DNA of 64,000 bases from an uncultured Clostridia bacterium (GCA_944388565.1 CALXJG010000002.1:4247-68246), one strand, 5' to 3'. Numbered from the stretch's first letter, positions 47,087-56,643 are shown. The notes: generated by a model not told the origin, from the sequence alone. A program made the numbers and translations.

Positions 47087-48397
47087 ATGCTTCAAACCCT
47101 AAAGAATATTTTTTCTGTAAAAGATATAAGAAAAAAGATTATATTTACAATATTTATAATATTATTATTTAGACTAGGGTCTTTTATTACTGTACCTGGA
47201 ATCGATAAGGTTTTATTTATGGAGCAAGTTGGTGCATCTTCAAATGGAATACTTGGAACAATTAACCTAATATCAGGTGGTGCGTTTGGTAGATTCTCAA
47301 TATTTGCCATGACAATTGGACCATATATTACTGCATCAATTGTTCTTAACCTACTTCAAGTTGTAGTACCTAGTTTAGAAAGATTAGCTAAAGAGGGAGA
47401 AGAAGGTAAGAAAAAACTTTCAAAGTATACAAAATATTTAACAATTGCATTTGCAATAATTGAAGGTTTAGGATTATATTTAACATATAAATCTTATTTA
47501 TTACCAGAACTTACTTTTGGTGCAGGTGCTGTTATGGGATTTATATTATTCATAACTTCACTTGTAGCAGGTACTGCTTTACTTACTTGGTTAGGTGATA
47601 AAATTACAGAATATGGTATTGGTAATGGAATATCAATGATAGTATTTGTTGGTATCATATCACGTATACCATCAGGTGCAACTGCTTTATTTACATTTGC
47701 ACAAGGTGGATTAAAAAACATCTTAATTGTTGTAGCTTTAATAGTTGCAATGATAGTTGTTGTAGCTGCAGTAATATATGTACAACAAGCTGAACGTAGA
47801 ATACCAGTAAACTATGCAAAACGTGTTGTTGGAAGAAAAATGTATGGTGGACAAAACACTCACATTCCAATTAAAGTTGCTATGGCTGGTGTTATGCCAA
47901 TTATATTTGCAATGTCATTTATGATGTTCCCAGGAACAATTATAAATCTTTGCACAAAGGGAAATCCAACAGGATTTTGGGCAGTAGTAAACAATATCTT
48001 CTCTGTTTCAGAGGGAAGTGCATGGTATTATCTACTTTCTTATTCAGTAATATATATGTTACTAATAATAGCATTTACATTTATTTATACAATGTTTATT
48101 GTACAACCAGTTGAAATAGCAAATCAATTAAAGAAAAATGGTGGATTTATACCAGGAATTAGAGCAGGAAAAAATACTTCTGATTATATATCAAAAGTAC
48201 TAAAATATATAACTGCAGTTGGAGCTATATTCTTAGCATTAGTTGCAGTGCTACCAGTATTATTACAAGGATTTATTCCTGTATCAATATCTTTTGGTGG
48301 TACATCAGTACTTATCGTAGTAAGCGTTTCATTAGAAGTATTAAAGAATTTAGAAACTCAAATGGTAAGCAGACATTATACAGGTTTCTTAAATTAG
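47087..48397 (+). CDS. secY: preprotein translocase subunit SecY
   Basis: 436 aa and polytopic, with conserved SecY blocks (ALGIxPYITASI-type TIGPYITASIV and FGGTSVLIVV), at the canonical position after rplO. Confidence 0.95.
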   Translation: MLQTLKNIFSVKDIRKKIIFTIFIILLFRLGSFITVPGIDKVLFMEQVGASSNGILGTINLISGGAFGRFSIFAMTIGPYITASIVLNLLQVVVPSLERLAKEGEEGKKKLSKYTKYLTIAFAIIEGLGLYLTYKSYLLPELTFGAGAVMGFILFITSLVAGTALLTWLGDKITEYGIGNGISMIVFVGIISRIPSGATALFTFAQGGLKNILIVVALIVAMIVVVAAVIYVQQAERRIPVNYAKRVVGRKMYGGQNTHIPIKVAMAGVMPIIFAMSFMMFPGTIINLCTKGNPTGFWAVVNNIFSVSEGSAWYYLLSYSVIYMLLIIAFTFIYTMFIVQPVEIANQLKKNGGFIPGIRAGKNTSDYISKVLKYITAVGAIFLALVAVLPVLLQGFIPVSISFGGTSVLIVVSVSLEVLKNLETQMVSRHYTGFLN

Positions 48398-48415
48398 AAA
48401 AATATAATTTGAAAA

Positions 48416-48447
48416 ACGGGTGGATTTTTATTCATCTGTTTTTTTTG
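48416..48447 (+). terminator. intrinsic terminator after secY
   Basis: ACGGGUGGAU/AUUCAUCUGU is a 10-bp stem (three G-U pairs) followed by T8. Confidence 0.55.
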
Positions 48448-48458
48448 TTCTTATAAAC

Positions 48459-48490
48459 TAAGACTGTCGAAATATATTTCAACAGTCTTA
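48459..48490 (-). terminator. hairpin after the first SASP gene
   Basis: TAAGACTGT...ACAGTCTTA 9-bp stem just downstream of the minus-strand stop at 48511. Confidence 0.5.
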
Positions 48491-48510
48491 ATTTAATTCA
48501 TATAAAATAA

Positions 48511-48714
48511 TTATTGTTTTGGTTGCATTTGGTTAGCAGCTTGTGCTACTAGTCTTTTAGTCATTTCACCACCAATAGAACCAGCTTCTCTAGAAGTTAA
48601 GTCACCGTTGTAACCTTGTTTTAAGTTAACACCTAATTCATTAGCAACTTCCATTTTGAATTGATCTAAAGCAGCTTTAGCTTGCTTATTAGTCATTTTA
48701 CTGTTTGATGCCAT
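48511..48714 (-). CDS. small acid-soluble spore protein, alpha/beta type
   Basis: 67 aa with KMEVANELGV (GPR-cleavage-like site) and LTSREAGSIGGEMTKRLV, both signatures of alpha/beta SASPs. Confidence 0.9.
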   Translation of the reverse strand: MASNSKMTNKQAKAALDQFKMEVANELGVNLKQGYNGDLTSREAGSIGGEMTKRLVAQAANQMQPKQ

Positions 48715-48739
48715 TATATACTCACCTCCGATTTATTAT

Positions 48740-48768
48740 TAATTTGTGTAATTTTTATTGCATTATAC
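48740..48768 (-). promoter_or_regulatory. forespore (sigma-G/F-like) promoter candidate for the first SASP gene
   Basis: On the minus strand: GTATA, 17-nt spacer, CAAATTA. This resembles the sigma-G consensus GHATR-N17-18-CAHWHTA. Confidence 0.4.
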
Positions 48769-48831
48769 ATAAAAGTTAAAATTTTATATAAAAAGATAAA
48801 TTTCTAAGTTTTTTTATATACTAAATAAATT

Positions 48832-48866
48832 AAATGATGAGTATAGAATAATAATACTCATCATTT
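48832..48866 (-). terminator. terminator after the second SASP gene
   Basis: AAATGATGAGTAT / ATACTCATCATTT 13-bp stem. Confidence 0.6.
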
Positions 48867-48882
48867 AAACAATAATTTATAA

Positions 48883-49086
48883 TTATTGTTTAGATTGCAT
48901 TTGGTTAGCAGCTTGTGCTACTAGTCTCTTAACCATTTCACCACCGATAGAACCAGCTTCTCTAGAAGTTAAGTCACCATTATAACCTTGTTTTAAGTTA
49001 ACACCTAATTCATTAGCAACTTCATATTTGAATTTATCTAAAGCTGCTTTAGCTTGTTTGTTACTCATTTTGCTATTTGATGCCAT
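48883..49086 (-). CDS. small acid-soluble spore protein, alpha/beta type (tandem paralogue)
   Basis: 67 aa. It differs from the neighbouring copy at 5 residues (by my alignment). Confidence 0.9.
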   Translation of the reverse strand: MASNSKMSNKQAKAALDKFKYEVANELGVNLKQGYNGDLTSREAGSIGGEMVKRLVAQAANQMQSKQ

Positions 49087-49213
49087 TATATATTCACCTC
49101 CAATATAAAATAGTATAAATAAAATCTTATGATTTTTTATACTATTAATAATTTGTGTATATATTTTATAAAAATACTGGAAAAATTTAGAACAATTTAA
49201 AAAAATTTTTTAA

Positions 49214-49229
49214 TCGACAAAACTCGACT
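49214..49229 (-). promoter_or_regulatory. candidate Spo0A boxes upstream of spo0A
   Basis: The minus strand reads AGTCGAG-ttt-TGTCGAT. These are two TCGAC cores 10 bp apart, and one matches TGTCGAA at 6 of 7 positions. They lie about 90-100 nt upstream of the spo0A start. Confidence 0.35.
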
Positions 49230-49316
49230 AAAAAAAACAAGTAAATGGCTTGATTTTTAAATTAAAATTATATATAATGAAGTTACGCTATTAGTAAACG
49301 AATAGGAGGAATATAG

Positions 49317-50132
49317 GTGAGCAGCAAAGCTAAGGTCGTTATCATAGACGATAATAAAGAATTTGTAAAATTATTAAGCATGTATATTGATACACAAGAT
49401 GATATGGAGGTTGTAGCAACAGCATATGATGGACAAAATGTTGTAGATATTATAAAGGAACAAAATCCTGATGTATTGCTTCTAGACATTATAATGCCTG
49501 AAAAAGATGGACTATCTACTTTAGAAGATTTGATAAAATCAAATGATGTAAAAATGCCAACTACTATTGTCATGTCTGCAATAGGTCAAGAAAAAATTAC
49601 TCAAAAGGCTATTGCTCTTGGCGCTACATATTATGTAGTAAAACCTTTTGACATGGCTACTTTAGTAGAAAGATTGAGAGATTTACTTCAAACTGAAGAA
49701 CAATATATCTCAAATAATGGAACTAAATGTTATACTAAAACTACAATTAATAGTAGTTCGTCTTCATCAACACCAATAGAGGTTAGAGCCACTAATATTA
49801 TTCATGATGTTGGTGTGCCAGCACATATAAAAGGTTATCAGTATATTAGAGAAGCAATATTACTTGCTGTAAAAAATGAGGATGTAATAAATTCAATAAC
49901 AAAAACTTTATATCCTACACTTGCTACAACATTTAATACTACGCCTTCTAGAGTAGAAAGAGCTATAAGACATGCGATCGAAGTGGCTTGGAATAGAGGG
50001 CAAATTGAAATGCATGATAAAATTTTTGGTTACACTGTAAATTCAAATAAAGGAAAACCAACAAATTCGGAATTTATTGCTATGATAGCTGATAGACTTA
50101 GACTAGAAGATAGGGCAACTATTAGAAGCTAA
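49317..50132 (+). CDS. spo0A: sporulation master regulator Spo0A
   Basis: Receiver domain (VIIDDN...[10 protein letters not shown]) plus the diagnostic Spo0A C-terminal DNA-binding domain ([16 protein letters not shown]...[15 protein letters not shown]). GTG start after AGGAGGAA. Confidence 0.9.
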   Translation: MSSKAKVVIIDDNKEFVKLLSMYIDTQDDMEVVATAYDGQNVVDIIKEQNPDVLLLDIIMPEKDGLSTLEDLIKSNDVKMPTTIVMSAIGQEKITQKAIALGATYYVVKPFDMATLVERLRDLLQTEEQYISNNGTKCYTKTTINSSSSSSTPIEVRATNIIHDVGVPAHIKGYQYIREAILLAVKNEDVINSITKTLYPTLATTFNTTPSRVERAIRHAIEVAWNRGQIEMHDKIFGYTVNSNKGKPTNSEFIAMIADRLRLEDRATIRS

Positions 50133-50480
50133 GAAATTTTATATTCTTTTTTTAAGTTAGCTATCTTTTACCATTTAAATTAATATTTTTTATCTAAATT
50201 TTATCTAAAATAAATTCCTAGAAAGAAATATTTTAAATAGTAACTATAATTGCTGGTTATAGTTAGTATTTAAGTGTACTTTTTATTATTTACATGAAAT
50301 AATGTAAAGTAATAAAAAATTTAGATTTTAATATTAAAAGTTATTTGGTGCTGCTATAAAATATAATTGTATTAATAATAATTTTATAGAAAAAGATATG
50401 AGGGTTATATAAAATGTGAAATAGTATAAGTATTATACTGATTTTAATATTAATGTATATATAAAGAAAAGAATGTTAAA

Positions 50481-50529
50481 ATAACTTTAAGGGTATTATG
50501 TTAAAATTACTCTTAAAGTTATTTTTTTC
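50481..50529 (+). terminator. intrinsic terminator in the spo0A-downstream intergenic region
   Basis: ATAACTTTAAG...CTTAAAGTTAT 11-bp stem followed by T7. Confidence 0.5.
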
Positions 50530-50558
50530 TTGCATAAAGCATAAGTCTAGATTATAAT
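50530..50558 (+). promoter_or_regulatory. sigma-A-type promoter candidate for the thioredoxin-like/ccdA pair
   Basis: TTGCAT, 17-nt spacer, TATAAT. The implied leader would be very short, hence the modest confidence. Confidence 0.4.
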
Positions 50559-50574
50559 ATAAATGGGGTGTAAC

Positions 50575-51009
50575 ATGAAGTTTATAAAAGAATATAGAGT
50601 AATAATAATTATAGCAATAATGGGAATATCAATATTTACAGTATTTATGATAAAACATATAAATAGAGAGCGTAACTATGTTCCTTTAACTAGTAATGGA
50701 GATGTGGAAGAACAAACATTACCTTTAAAAATGTACGAATTTGTTTCTTCTGTTTGTTCTGCTTGTGACCAAATGGAAGATATATATAAAGAGGCAAAAG
50801 AAAAGTATGGCGATAAGATGAATTTTGAACAAGTAAATGTAGAGCGTAATTATAACTTAAGTAATAAATATAATGTAAATGTAGTACCAACATTTGTAAT
50901 TGTAGATATGGATGGGAATATGAAAAAAAGAATGATTGGCGTTATAGATAAAGAAGAATTTTTTAAAAGTATAGAAAGTGTAATAAATGAGTATGATGGA
51001 AATATTTAA
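50575..51009 (+). CDS. membrane-anchored thioredoxin-like protein (CxxC)
   Basis: N-terminal TM helix, a CSAC active-site motif, and NVNVVPTFVIVD (cis-Pro region). ATG 50575 follows GGGGTG. Confidence 0.75.
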   Translation: MKFIKEYRVIIIIAIMGISIFTVFMIKHINRERNYVPLTSNGDVEEQTLPLKMYEFVSSVCSACDQMEDIYKEAKEKYGDKMNFEQVNVERNYNLSNKYNVNVVPTFVIVDMDGNMKKRMIGVIDKEEFFKSIESVINEYDGNI

Positions 51010-51679
51010 TAACTTTTCTAATATAATAGATACAAATATTTTTCTTAGCATAATAATATCACTTATTGGAGGTTTTGTTTCTTCATTTAGTCCTTGTACT
51101 TTATCAACATTGCCTCTTATAATAGGGTATATTTCTAAAGAAGATGAAAAATGTAAAGGCAAAAATTATTTATATAGTATATTTTTTTCAATAGGTCTTA
51201 CTATAACATTTGTAATAATAGGTGTAGTAACTACATTATTTAATATAAGATTAAAAGTATTTGGAACTTGGTGGTATCTTATACTTGCCATAATACTCGT
51301 ATTTGTTACATTAAGTTTATTAGATGTTTTTAAAACATCCAATAAATCTTGTAAAAGGCCTAAACTAAAAAAGAGTTTCTTAGGAGCTTTTTTACTTGGG
51401 ATACTTGGGGGATTTTTTGACTCACCATGTAGTACACCTATATTAATAGTAATATTAACATTTATATCACAAAGTTCAAATATATTTATAGGAATAGTAC
51501 TTATGCTATGTTATTCGATAGGACATTGTGTTGTTATAGTACTTGCAGGTACGTCATCTGATATAATTCAAAAGTTAAATGATTCACCTAAATATTTAAA
51601 ACTAGGAAAAATATTTAGATACATATTTGCAATATTAGCATTTATTTTAGCGTTATATTTATTTTATTTGGCATTTTAA
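50987..51679 (+). CDS. ccdA: CcdA/DsbD-family thiol-disulfide electron transporter
   Basis: SFSPCTLSTLPLI and FDSPCSTPIL are the two conserved Cys-containing TM motifs of CcdA. It is polytopic. Confidence 0.8.
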   Translation: MSMMEIFNNFSNIIDTNIFLSIIISLIGGFVSSFSPCTLSTLPLIIGYISKEDEKCKGKNYLYSIFFSIGLTITFVIIGVVTTLFNIRLKVFGTWWYLILAIILVFVTLSLLDVFKTSNKSCKRPKLKKSFLGAFLLGILGGFFDSPCSTPILIVILTFISQSSNIFIGIVLMLCYSIGHCVVIVLAGTSSDIIQKLNDSPKYLKLGKIFRYIFAILAFILALYLFYLAF

Positions 51680-51683
51680 CAAT

Positions 51684-51726
51684 AAATACTCTTTTAATGC
51701 TTTTAGTGTTAAAAGAGTATTTTTCT
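51684..51726 (+). terminator. intrinsic terminator after ccdA
   Basis: AAATACTCTTTT...AAAAGAGTATTT 12-bp stem followed by a T-run. Confidence 0.6.
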
Positions 51727-51818
51727 GTGGTATTGTAAAAACCCCCTTTTTGCTTGACAAATGGCTTTAAAAATAGTAAAATATAATAGTATAATAATAT
51801 ATAAAGGATGAAAAATAA

Positions 51819-53792
51819 ATGAAAAAATTTAAAAAGAGTAAATGGTTTGACTTTAGTATATTTTCTGTAAAGATAACTTACTTATCTATTATTACTATAT
51901 TAGCAGTAATTATATTAATAATCAATCCATCATTATTCTATGTTTCTTTAATATTTATATTTATTTCTACAATACTATCAATTTTTGTATGCTTTACAGA
52001 AGTAAAAAATAGAAAATATAGAATACAAGAACTATCTCAAAGTGTAGATATAGTTCTTAAAGATAGTTTAAATGTTATAGATATACCTATGGTAATGCTA
52101 TCTAGTCCAACACAGATTATATGGCAAAATTCTATATCTAAGCATATATTTCCAAAAGAATATATATTAGATACAGCCTTAATGATTGATAAAAATTTAA
52201 AACAATCTGAATGTGCTTCTGTTACTGCTGATATAGGTAATGGTGAGGTCTACTGTGCCATAGGAAACTATATAAAATTCTCTGACTTTAATTGTATGCT
52301 AATATCATATATAAACAAGACAGAAGAGAGTAGATTAAAAAATACACTAGAAAATACTAAAATTGCAGTTGGTATTGTTTTTATCGATAACTACGAAGAA
52401 ACAATGCAAGGATTAGATGAAATTGAGAAATCAGAGATAACATCTAAAATTTTAAAAGTAATACGTGAATGGGTTAATGAAAATAAAGGTGTTGTAAATA
52501 AAATTGATAAAGATAGATTTGTTATATTTGTTGAAAAACAATATGTTGATCAAATGGAAAAAAATACATTTGAAATATTGCAAAAAGTTAGAGAAACTAC
52601 TAATATAACTAAACTACCTGTTACAATTTCTTTGGGATTATCATATAACGAACCAAACATAGATGAAAGATATGCAGCTAGTGCCTCTGCTTTAGACATT
52701 GCTCTTGGTAGAGGTGGAGATCAAGTTGTAGTAAAAAAAGACAAAAAATTCGATTTCTATGGAGGAGCTAATCTTGGACTTGAAAAAACTAATAGAGTTA
52801 GAGCTAGAACTATATCACAAGCTTTAAGAGAAATTATGTTAAAATCTGATAAAATTTATATAATGGGACATAAAAATTCAGATATAGACTGTATAGGTGC
52901 ATCTGTTGGTATATACAAAATGGCTAAAATTCTTGGTAAACAAGCAAATATTATTATAGATATGAAATGTAATAGTAGTACAAAAACTATTATTGAAAAA
53001 TTAAAAACTTCAAAGGAATATGAAGATGTATTTATAACAGGAAATGATACTAAAAAATTAGATTTTTCTAATTCAGTCCTTATAGTTGTAGATACTCATA
53101 AAAAATCTTATTTGGCTTATCCAGATTTACTAGATAGCTTTGAAAAGGTTGTTGTTATTGATCATCATAGACGTGGACCAGAATTTATTGATAATGCACT
53201 TTTAACATATCATGAGATTTATGCCTCATCTACATCAGAGCTTGTTACTGAAATACTTATGTATTTAGATGATATAAATTTAACTCCAACTGAAGCTGAA
53301 AGTCTATATGCTGGTATTGTTATAGATACCAAAAACTTTATATTTAAAACTGGTGTTAGGACATTTGAAGTAGCAGCATATTTGAAAAAATTTGGAATTG
53401 ATTTAACTGAAGTAAAACAAATATTCCAAAATGATTTTGAAACTTATGTTGCAAAGGTTGAAATAGTAAAACATGCAGAAATAATGCATGGACAAATTGC
53501 TATCTCCGTTTGCTCAGAAGAATATGCAGATATGCCTATTATAGCGGCACAGGCTGCAGATGAATTATTATCAATATCTGGAATACTTGCTTCATTTGTA
53601 CTTTGCAAAGTAGATGAAGTGGTTATGATATCTGGTAGATCAATGGGAGATATAAATGTACAGGCGATACTTGAAAAAGTTGGTGGTGGTGGTCATTTAA
53701 CTTTTGCAGGAGCACAAATTGCAGGAGTTTCACTTGAGGAAGCCAAAGAAACTTTAGTAAAAAGTATTAACGATTATTATTTAAAAGATTAA
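51819..53792 (+). CDS. gdpP: cyclic-di-AMP phosphodiesterase GdpP (TM, PAS-like, degenerate GGDEF, DHH/DHHA1)
   Basis: 657 aa with two N-terminal TM helices, a DHH motif (VIDHHRRG) and a DHHA1 GGGH motif (GGGGHLTFAG). It sits in the canonical gdpP-rplI-dnaB order. Confidence 0.85.
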   Translation: MKKFKKSKWFDFSIFSVKITYLSIITILAVIILIINPSLFYVSLIFIFISTILSIFVCFTEVKNRKYRIQELSQSVDIVLKDSLNVIDIPMVMLSSPTQIIWQNSISKHIFPKEYILDTALMIDKNLKQSECASVTADIGNGEVYCAIGNYIKFSDFNCMLISYINKTEESRLKNTLENTKIAVGIVFIDNYEETMQGLDEIEKSEITSKILKVIREWVNENKGVVNKIDKDRFVIFVEKQYVDQMEKNTFEILQKVRETTNITKLPVTISLGLSYNEPNIDERYAASASALDIALGRGGDQVVVKKDKKFDFYGGANLGLEKTNRVRARTISQALREIMLKSDKIYIMGHKNSDIDCIGASVGIYKMAKILGKQANIIIDMKCNSSTKTIIEKLKTSKEYEDVFITGNDTKKLDFSNSVLIVVDTHKKSYLAYPDLLDSFEKVVVIDHHRRGPEFIDNALLTYHEIYASSTSELVTEILMYLDDINLTPTEAESLYAGIVIDTKNFIFKTGVRTFEVAAYLKKFGIDLTEVKQIFQNDFETYVAKVEIVKHAEIMHGQIAISVCSEEYADMPIIAAQAADELLSISGILASFVLCKVDEVVMISGRSMGDINVQAILEKVGGGGHLTFAGAQIAGVSLEEAKETLVKSINDYYLKD

Positions 53793-53811
53793 AAGTTTTA
53801 GGAGGAAAAAA

Positions 53812-54264
53812 ATGAAAGTTGTATTAAACCAAGATGTAAAAGGACTAGGCAAGAAACTTCAAATTGTAGATGTATCTGAAGGATATGCTAGGAATTTTTT
53901 ACTTCCTAGAAAACTTGCTGTAATTGCTGATAATAAAAATATTAATGAGGCAAATACTAAAAATGAAGCTTTGAAGTTTAAGAAAAAAACTGAATTTGAG
54001 GCTGCAGAAAAACAAAAAGAGTTATTAGAAAAATCTTTTATTGAGTTTAAGCATAAAGTTGGTGATGGAGGTAAATTATTTGGTAGTGTTACTGAAAAAG
54101 AAATTGCTGACGAAATTAAAATGAAGTTTAAACTTAATATTGATAAGAAGAAAATAGTAATTAACGTACCAATAAAGCAGTTAGGAAGTTATACTGTAGA
54201 TATAAAATTATATGAAGGAATAGTTGCTAAATTAAAAATAGTAGTAGTCGGAATGAAGGTGTAA
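53812..54264 (+). CDS. rplI: 50S ribosomal protein L9
   Basis: MKVVLNQDVKGLGKK...VSEGYARNFL is canonical. Confidence 0.95.
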   Translation: MKVVLNQDVKGLGKKLQIVDVSEGYARNFLLPRKLAVIADNKNINEANTKNEALKFKKKTEFEAAEKQKELLEKSFIEFKHKVGDGGKLFGSVTEKEIADEIKMKFKLNIDKKKIVINVPIKQLGSYTVDIKLYEGIVAKLKIVVVGMKV

Positions 54265-54267
54265 TTA

Positions 54268-55611
54268 GTGGAAAATGAATTAGTTAGTAAAGTTCAACCA
54301 AATGATACAATTGCAGAACAAGCCGTTCTTGGATCTATGCTTGTTGATAAAGATGCAGTTATAGCTGCTGTAGAGATACTTGTACCAGAAGATTTTTATA
54401 GAGAAGATAATAAAGAAATATATGCTGCTATGATGGAACTTTACGGACTTGGTAAGCATATAGATATGATTACAATCATTGACCAATTAAAATTAAGAGG
54501 AACACTAGAGAAAGTAGGAGATGCTACATATATTGCAACTCTTATTGATAATGTTCCAACTACTTCAAATATAGAAAGCTATGTAAAAATAGTTGAAGAA
54601 AAATCCGTACTTAGAAAATTAATAAAAGTTGCTAATGACATTTTGAAAATGGGGTATGGACAAACTGAGGAAGTAGATACAATTATAGAGCAAACTGAAA
54701 AAAAAGTATTTGACGTTTTGCAAGATAGAAATGCTAGAGGATATTCTAGTTTAAAAGAAGTTTTGGTAACAGCTTTTGATACTATAGAAAGAATGTACCA
54801 AAATAAAAATAAAGTATCAGGAATAGAAAGTGGATTTATAGACCTAGATAAAAAAATATCAGGTCTTAATCCATCATCACTTATAATTCTTGCAGCACGT
54901 CCAGCTATGGGTAAATCTGCTTTTGTACTTAATATTGCTGAGTATGTAGCAATGCATGATAAAGTACCTGTAATGATATTTAGTCTTGAAATGTCAAAAG
55001 AAGAAATAGCTAACAGAATGCTTGCTTCTGAATCAGAAGTTGATAGTATGAAAATAAAAAATGGTAATGACTTAACATCTGAGGATTGGTTAAAATTAGG
55101 TCAAGCAAGTGGTAGACTTTCTGATATCCCATTATATATAGATGATACTCCAGGGCTTACTTCTGCAGAGCTTAGAGCAAAATGTAGAAAAGCTAAACTA
55201 GAGAAAAATATAGGGCTAGTTATAATAGATTATTTGCAACTTATGGAATCAAAAACAAAAAGCCCATCAAGACAGCAAGAAATATCTGAAATAAGTAGAT
55301 CTTTAAAGATATTAGCAAAAGAATTACAAATACCAGTAATAGCACTTTCACAATTAAGTCGTGCTACTGAATCTAGAACAGACCATAAGCCAATGCTTAG
55401 TGATCTTCGTGAATCAGGAGCTATAGAACAGGATGCTGATATTGTTATGTTTATACATAGAGAGGACTATTATAATCCAGAAACAGAAAAGAAAAACATT
55501 GCTGAAATTATTATAGCTAAAAATAGAAGTGGAGAAACTGGTACTGTTGAACTTGCATGGCTTGGACAATATACAAAATTTGCCAATTTATATAGAGGTC
55601 CAGAACAATGA
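54268..55611 (+). CDS. dnaB: replicative DNA helicase (DnaB family)
   Basis: PNDTIAEQAVLGSML N-terminus, Walker A ARPAMGKSAF, and IIDYLQLM and RESGAIEQDADIV motifs. Confidence 0.95.
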   Translation: MENELVSKVQPNDTIAEQAVLGSMLVDKDAVIAAVEILVPEDFYREDNKEIYAAMMELYGLGKHIDMITIIDQLKLRGTLEKVGDATYIATLIDNVPTTSNIESYVKIVEEKSVLRKLIKVANDILKMGYGQTEEVDTIIEQTEKKVFDVLQDRNARGYSSLKEVLVTAFDTIERMYQNKNKVSGIESGFIDLDKKISGLNPSSLIILAARPAMGKSAFVLNIAEYVAMHDKVPVMIFSLEMSKEEIANRMLASESEVDSMKIKNGNDLTSEDWLKLGQASGRLSDIPLYIDDTPGLTSAELRAKCRKAKLEKNIGLVIIDYLQLMESKTKSPSRQQEISEISRSLKILAKELQIPVIALSQLSRATESRTDHKPMLSDLRESGAIEQDADIVMFIHREDYYNPETEKKNIAEIIIAKNRSGETGTVELAWLGQYTKFANLYRGPEQ

Positions 55612-56627
55612 TAGAGAATGATTTATGTAAGTATATTAATAATAAAGTAGAGGAAACTATTATAAAAAATAGTTTAATAAACAATAATGATAAGATAGTA
55701 GTTGCTGTGTCAGGTGGACCAGATTCAATGTGTCTTCTTAATGTATTATGTGATTTAAAAAATACTTTCAAAGAGAAATATAATATATGTTATGAGTTAT
55801 TTGTTGCTCATGTAAATCATATGATTAGAGAAGAATCAGAATATGAGAAAGAATATGTAGAAAACTTTTGTAAATTAAAAAATACTCCTTTTTATTATCT
55901 AAAAAAAGATGTGAAAAAAATTTCAAAAGAATTAAAAATTTCTGAAGAAGCTTGTGGTAGAATGGTAAGATATGATTTCTTTGAAGAAATAAGAGAAAAG
56001 ACAAATTCTACAATTATAGCAACTGCACATAATTTAAACGATGATGTTGAAACTATATTATTAAATATTATTCGTGGAACAGGTCTTAATGGACTTACAG
56101 GAATAGATTATAAGTTTAAGAATATAATAAGACCTCTACTGGATATAAAAAAATCTGAAATAAACAAATATAATGAGATATTAAATATTAATCCTTGTAT
56201 TGATAAAACTAATTTTGAAAATGTATATGTTAGAAATAAGGTAAGAAATATTTTAATACCAGAACTTGAAAGTGAATATAATTCAAATATAGTAAATAAT
56301 TTGGTTAGAATGAAAAAATTAGTAAAAAATGACGAAAACTTTTTGAAAGAATATACAGAAAAAGTTTTAAAAAATTGCCTTATTGACAATAATATAAATA
56401 GTGTAAAATTTAAAATCTCTGTAATAATTAAAGAACACGAAAGTATAAAACTTAGAATTATTAGAGAAATAATAAATTACAAAATTGGAAATTTAGATGG
56501 TATAGAAAATATACATGTTCAAGATATTTTGAGATTACTTGAGAATAATATAAAAGGTAAAAAATATATAATTGGTAATAAGTTTACAGTAGAAATACTA
56601 GGAAAAGATATAGCTATTATATATTAA
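55608..56627 (+). CDS. tilS: tRNA(Ile)-lysidine synthase
   Basis: SGGPDS PP-loop motif, with position upstream of ftsH. Its start overlaps the dnaB stop. Confidence 0.85.
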   Translation: MIENDLCKYINNKVEETIIKNSLINNNDKIVVAVSGGPDSMCLLNVLCDLKNTFKEKYNICYELFVAHVNHMIREESEYEKEYVENFCKLKNTPFYYLKKDVKKISKELKISEEACGRMVRYDFFEEIREKTNSTIIATAHNLNDDVETILLNIIRGTGLNGLTGIDYKFKNIIRPLLDIKKSEINKYNEILNINPCIDKTNFENVYVRNKVRNILIPELESEYNSNIVNNLVRMKKLVKNDENFLKEYTEKVLKNCLIDNNINSVKFKISVIIKEHESIKLRIIREIINYKIGNLDGIENIHVQDILRLLENNIKGKKYIIGNKFTVEILGKDIAIIY

Positions 56628-56643
56628 ATTAAAAGGAGGAGTT

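Larger units (their letters stand above)
48505..49100 (-). repeat. tandem duplication unit carrying the two SASP genes (period ~372 bp)
   Basis: The coding regions and the RBS-proximal leader (CCATTATATA(C/T)TCACCTCC) are near-identical. The intergenic parts have diverged. Confidence 0.7.

Noticed and set aside
49290-49316. Sigma-H-type promoter (GAAT -10) immediately upstream of spo0A
   Set aside because: The only GAAT overlaps the ribosome-binding site, and the -35 match is poor. It is not credible as a promoter.
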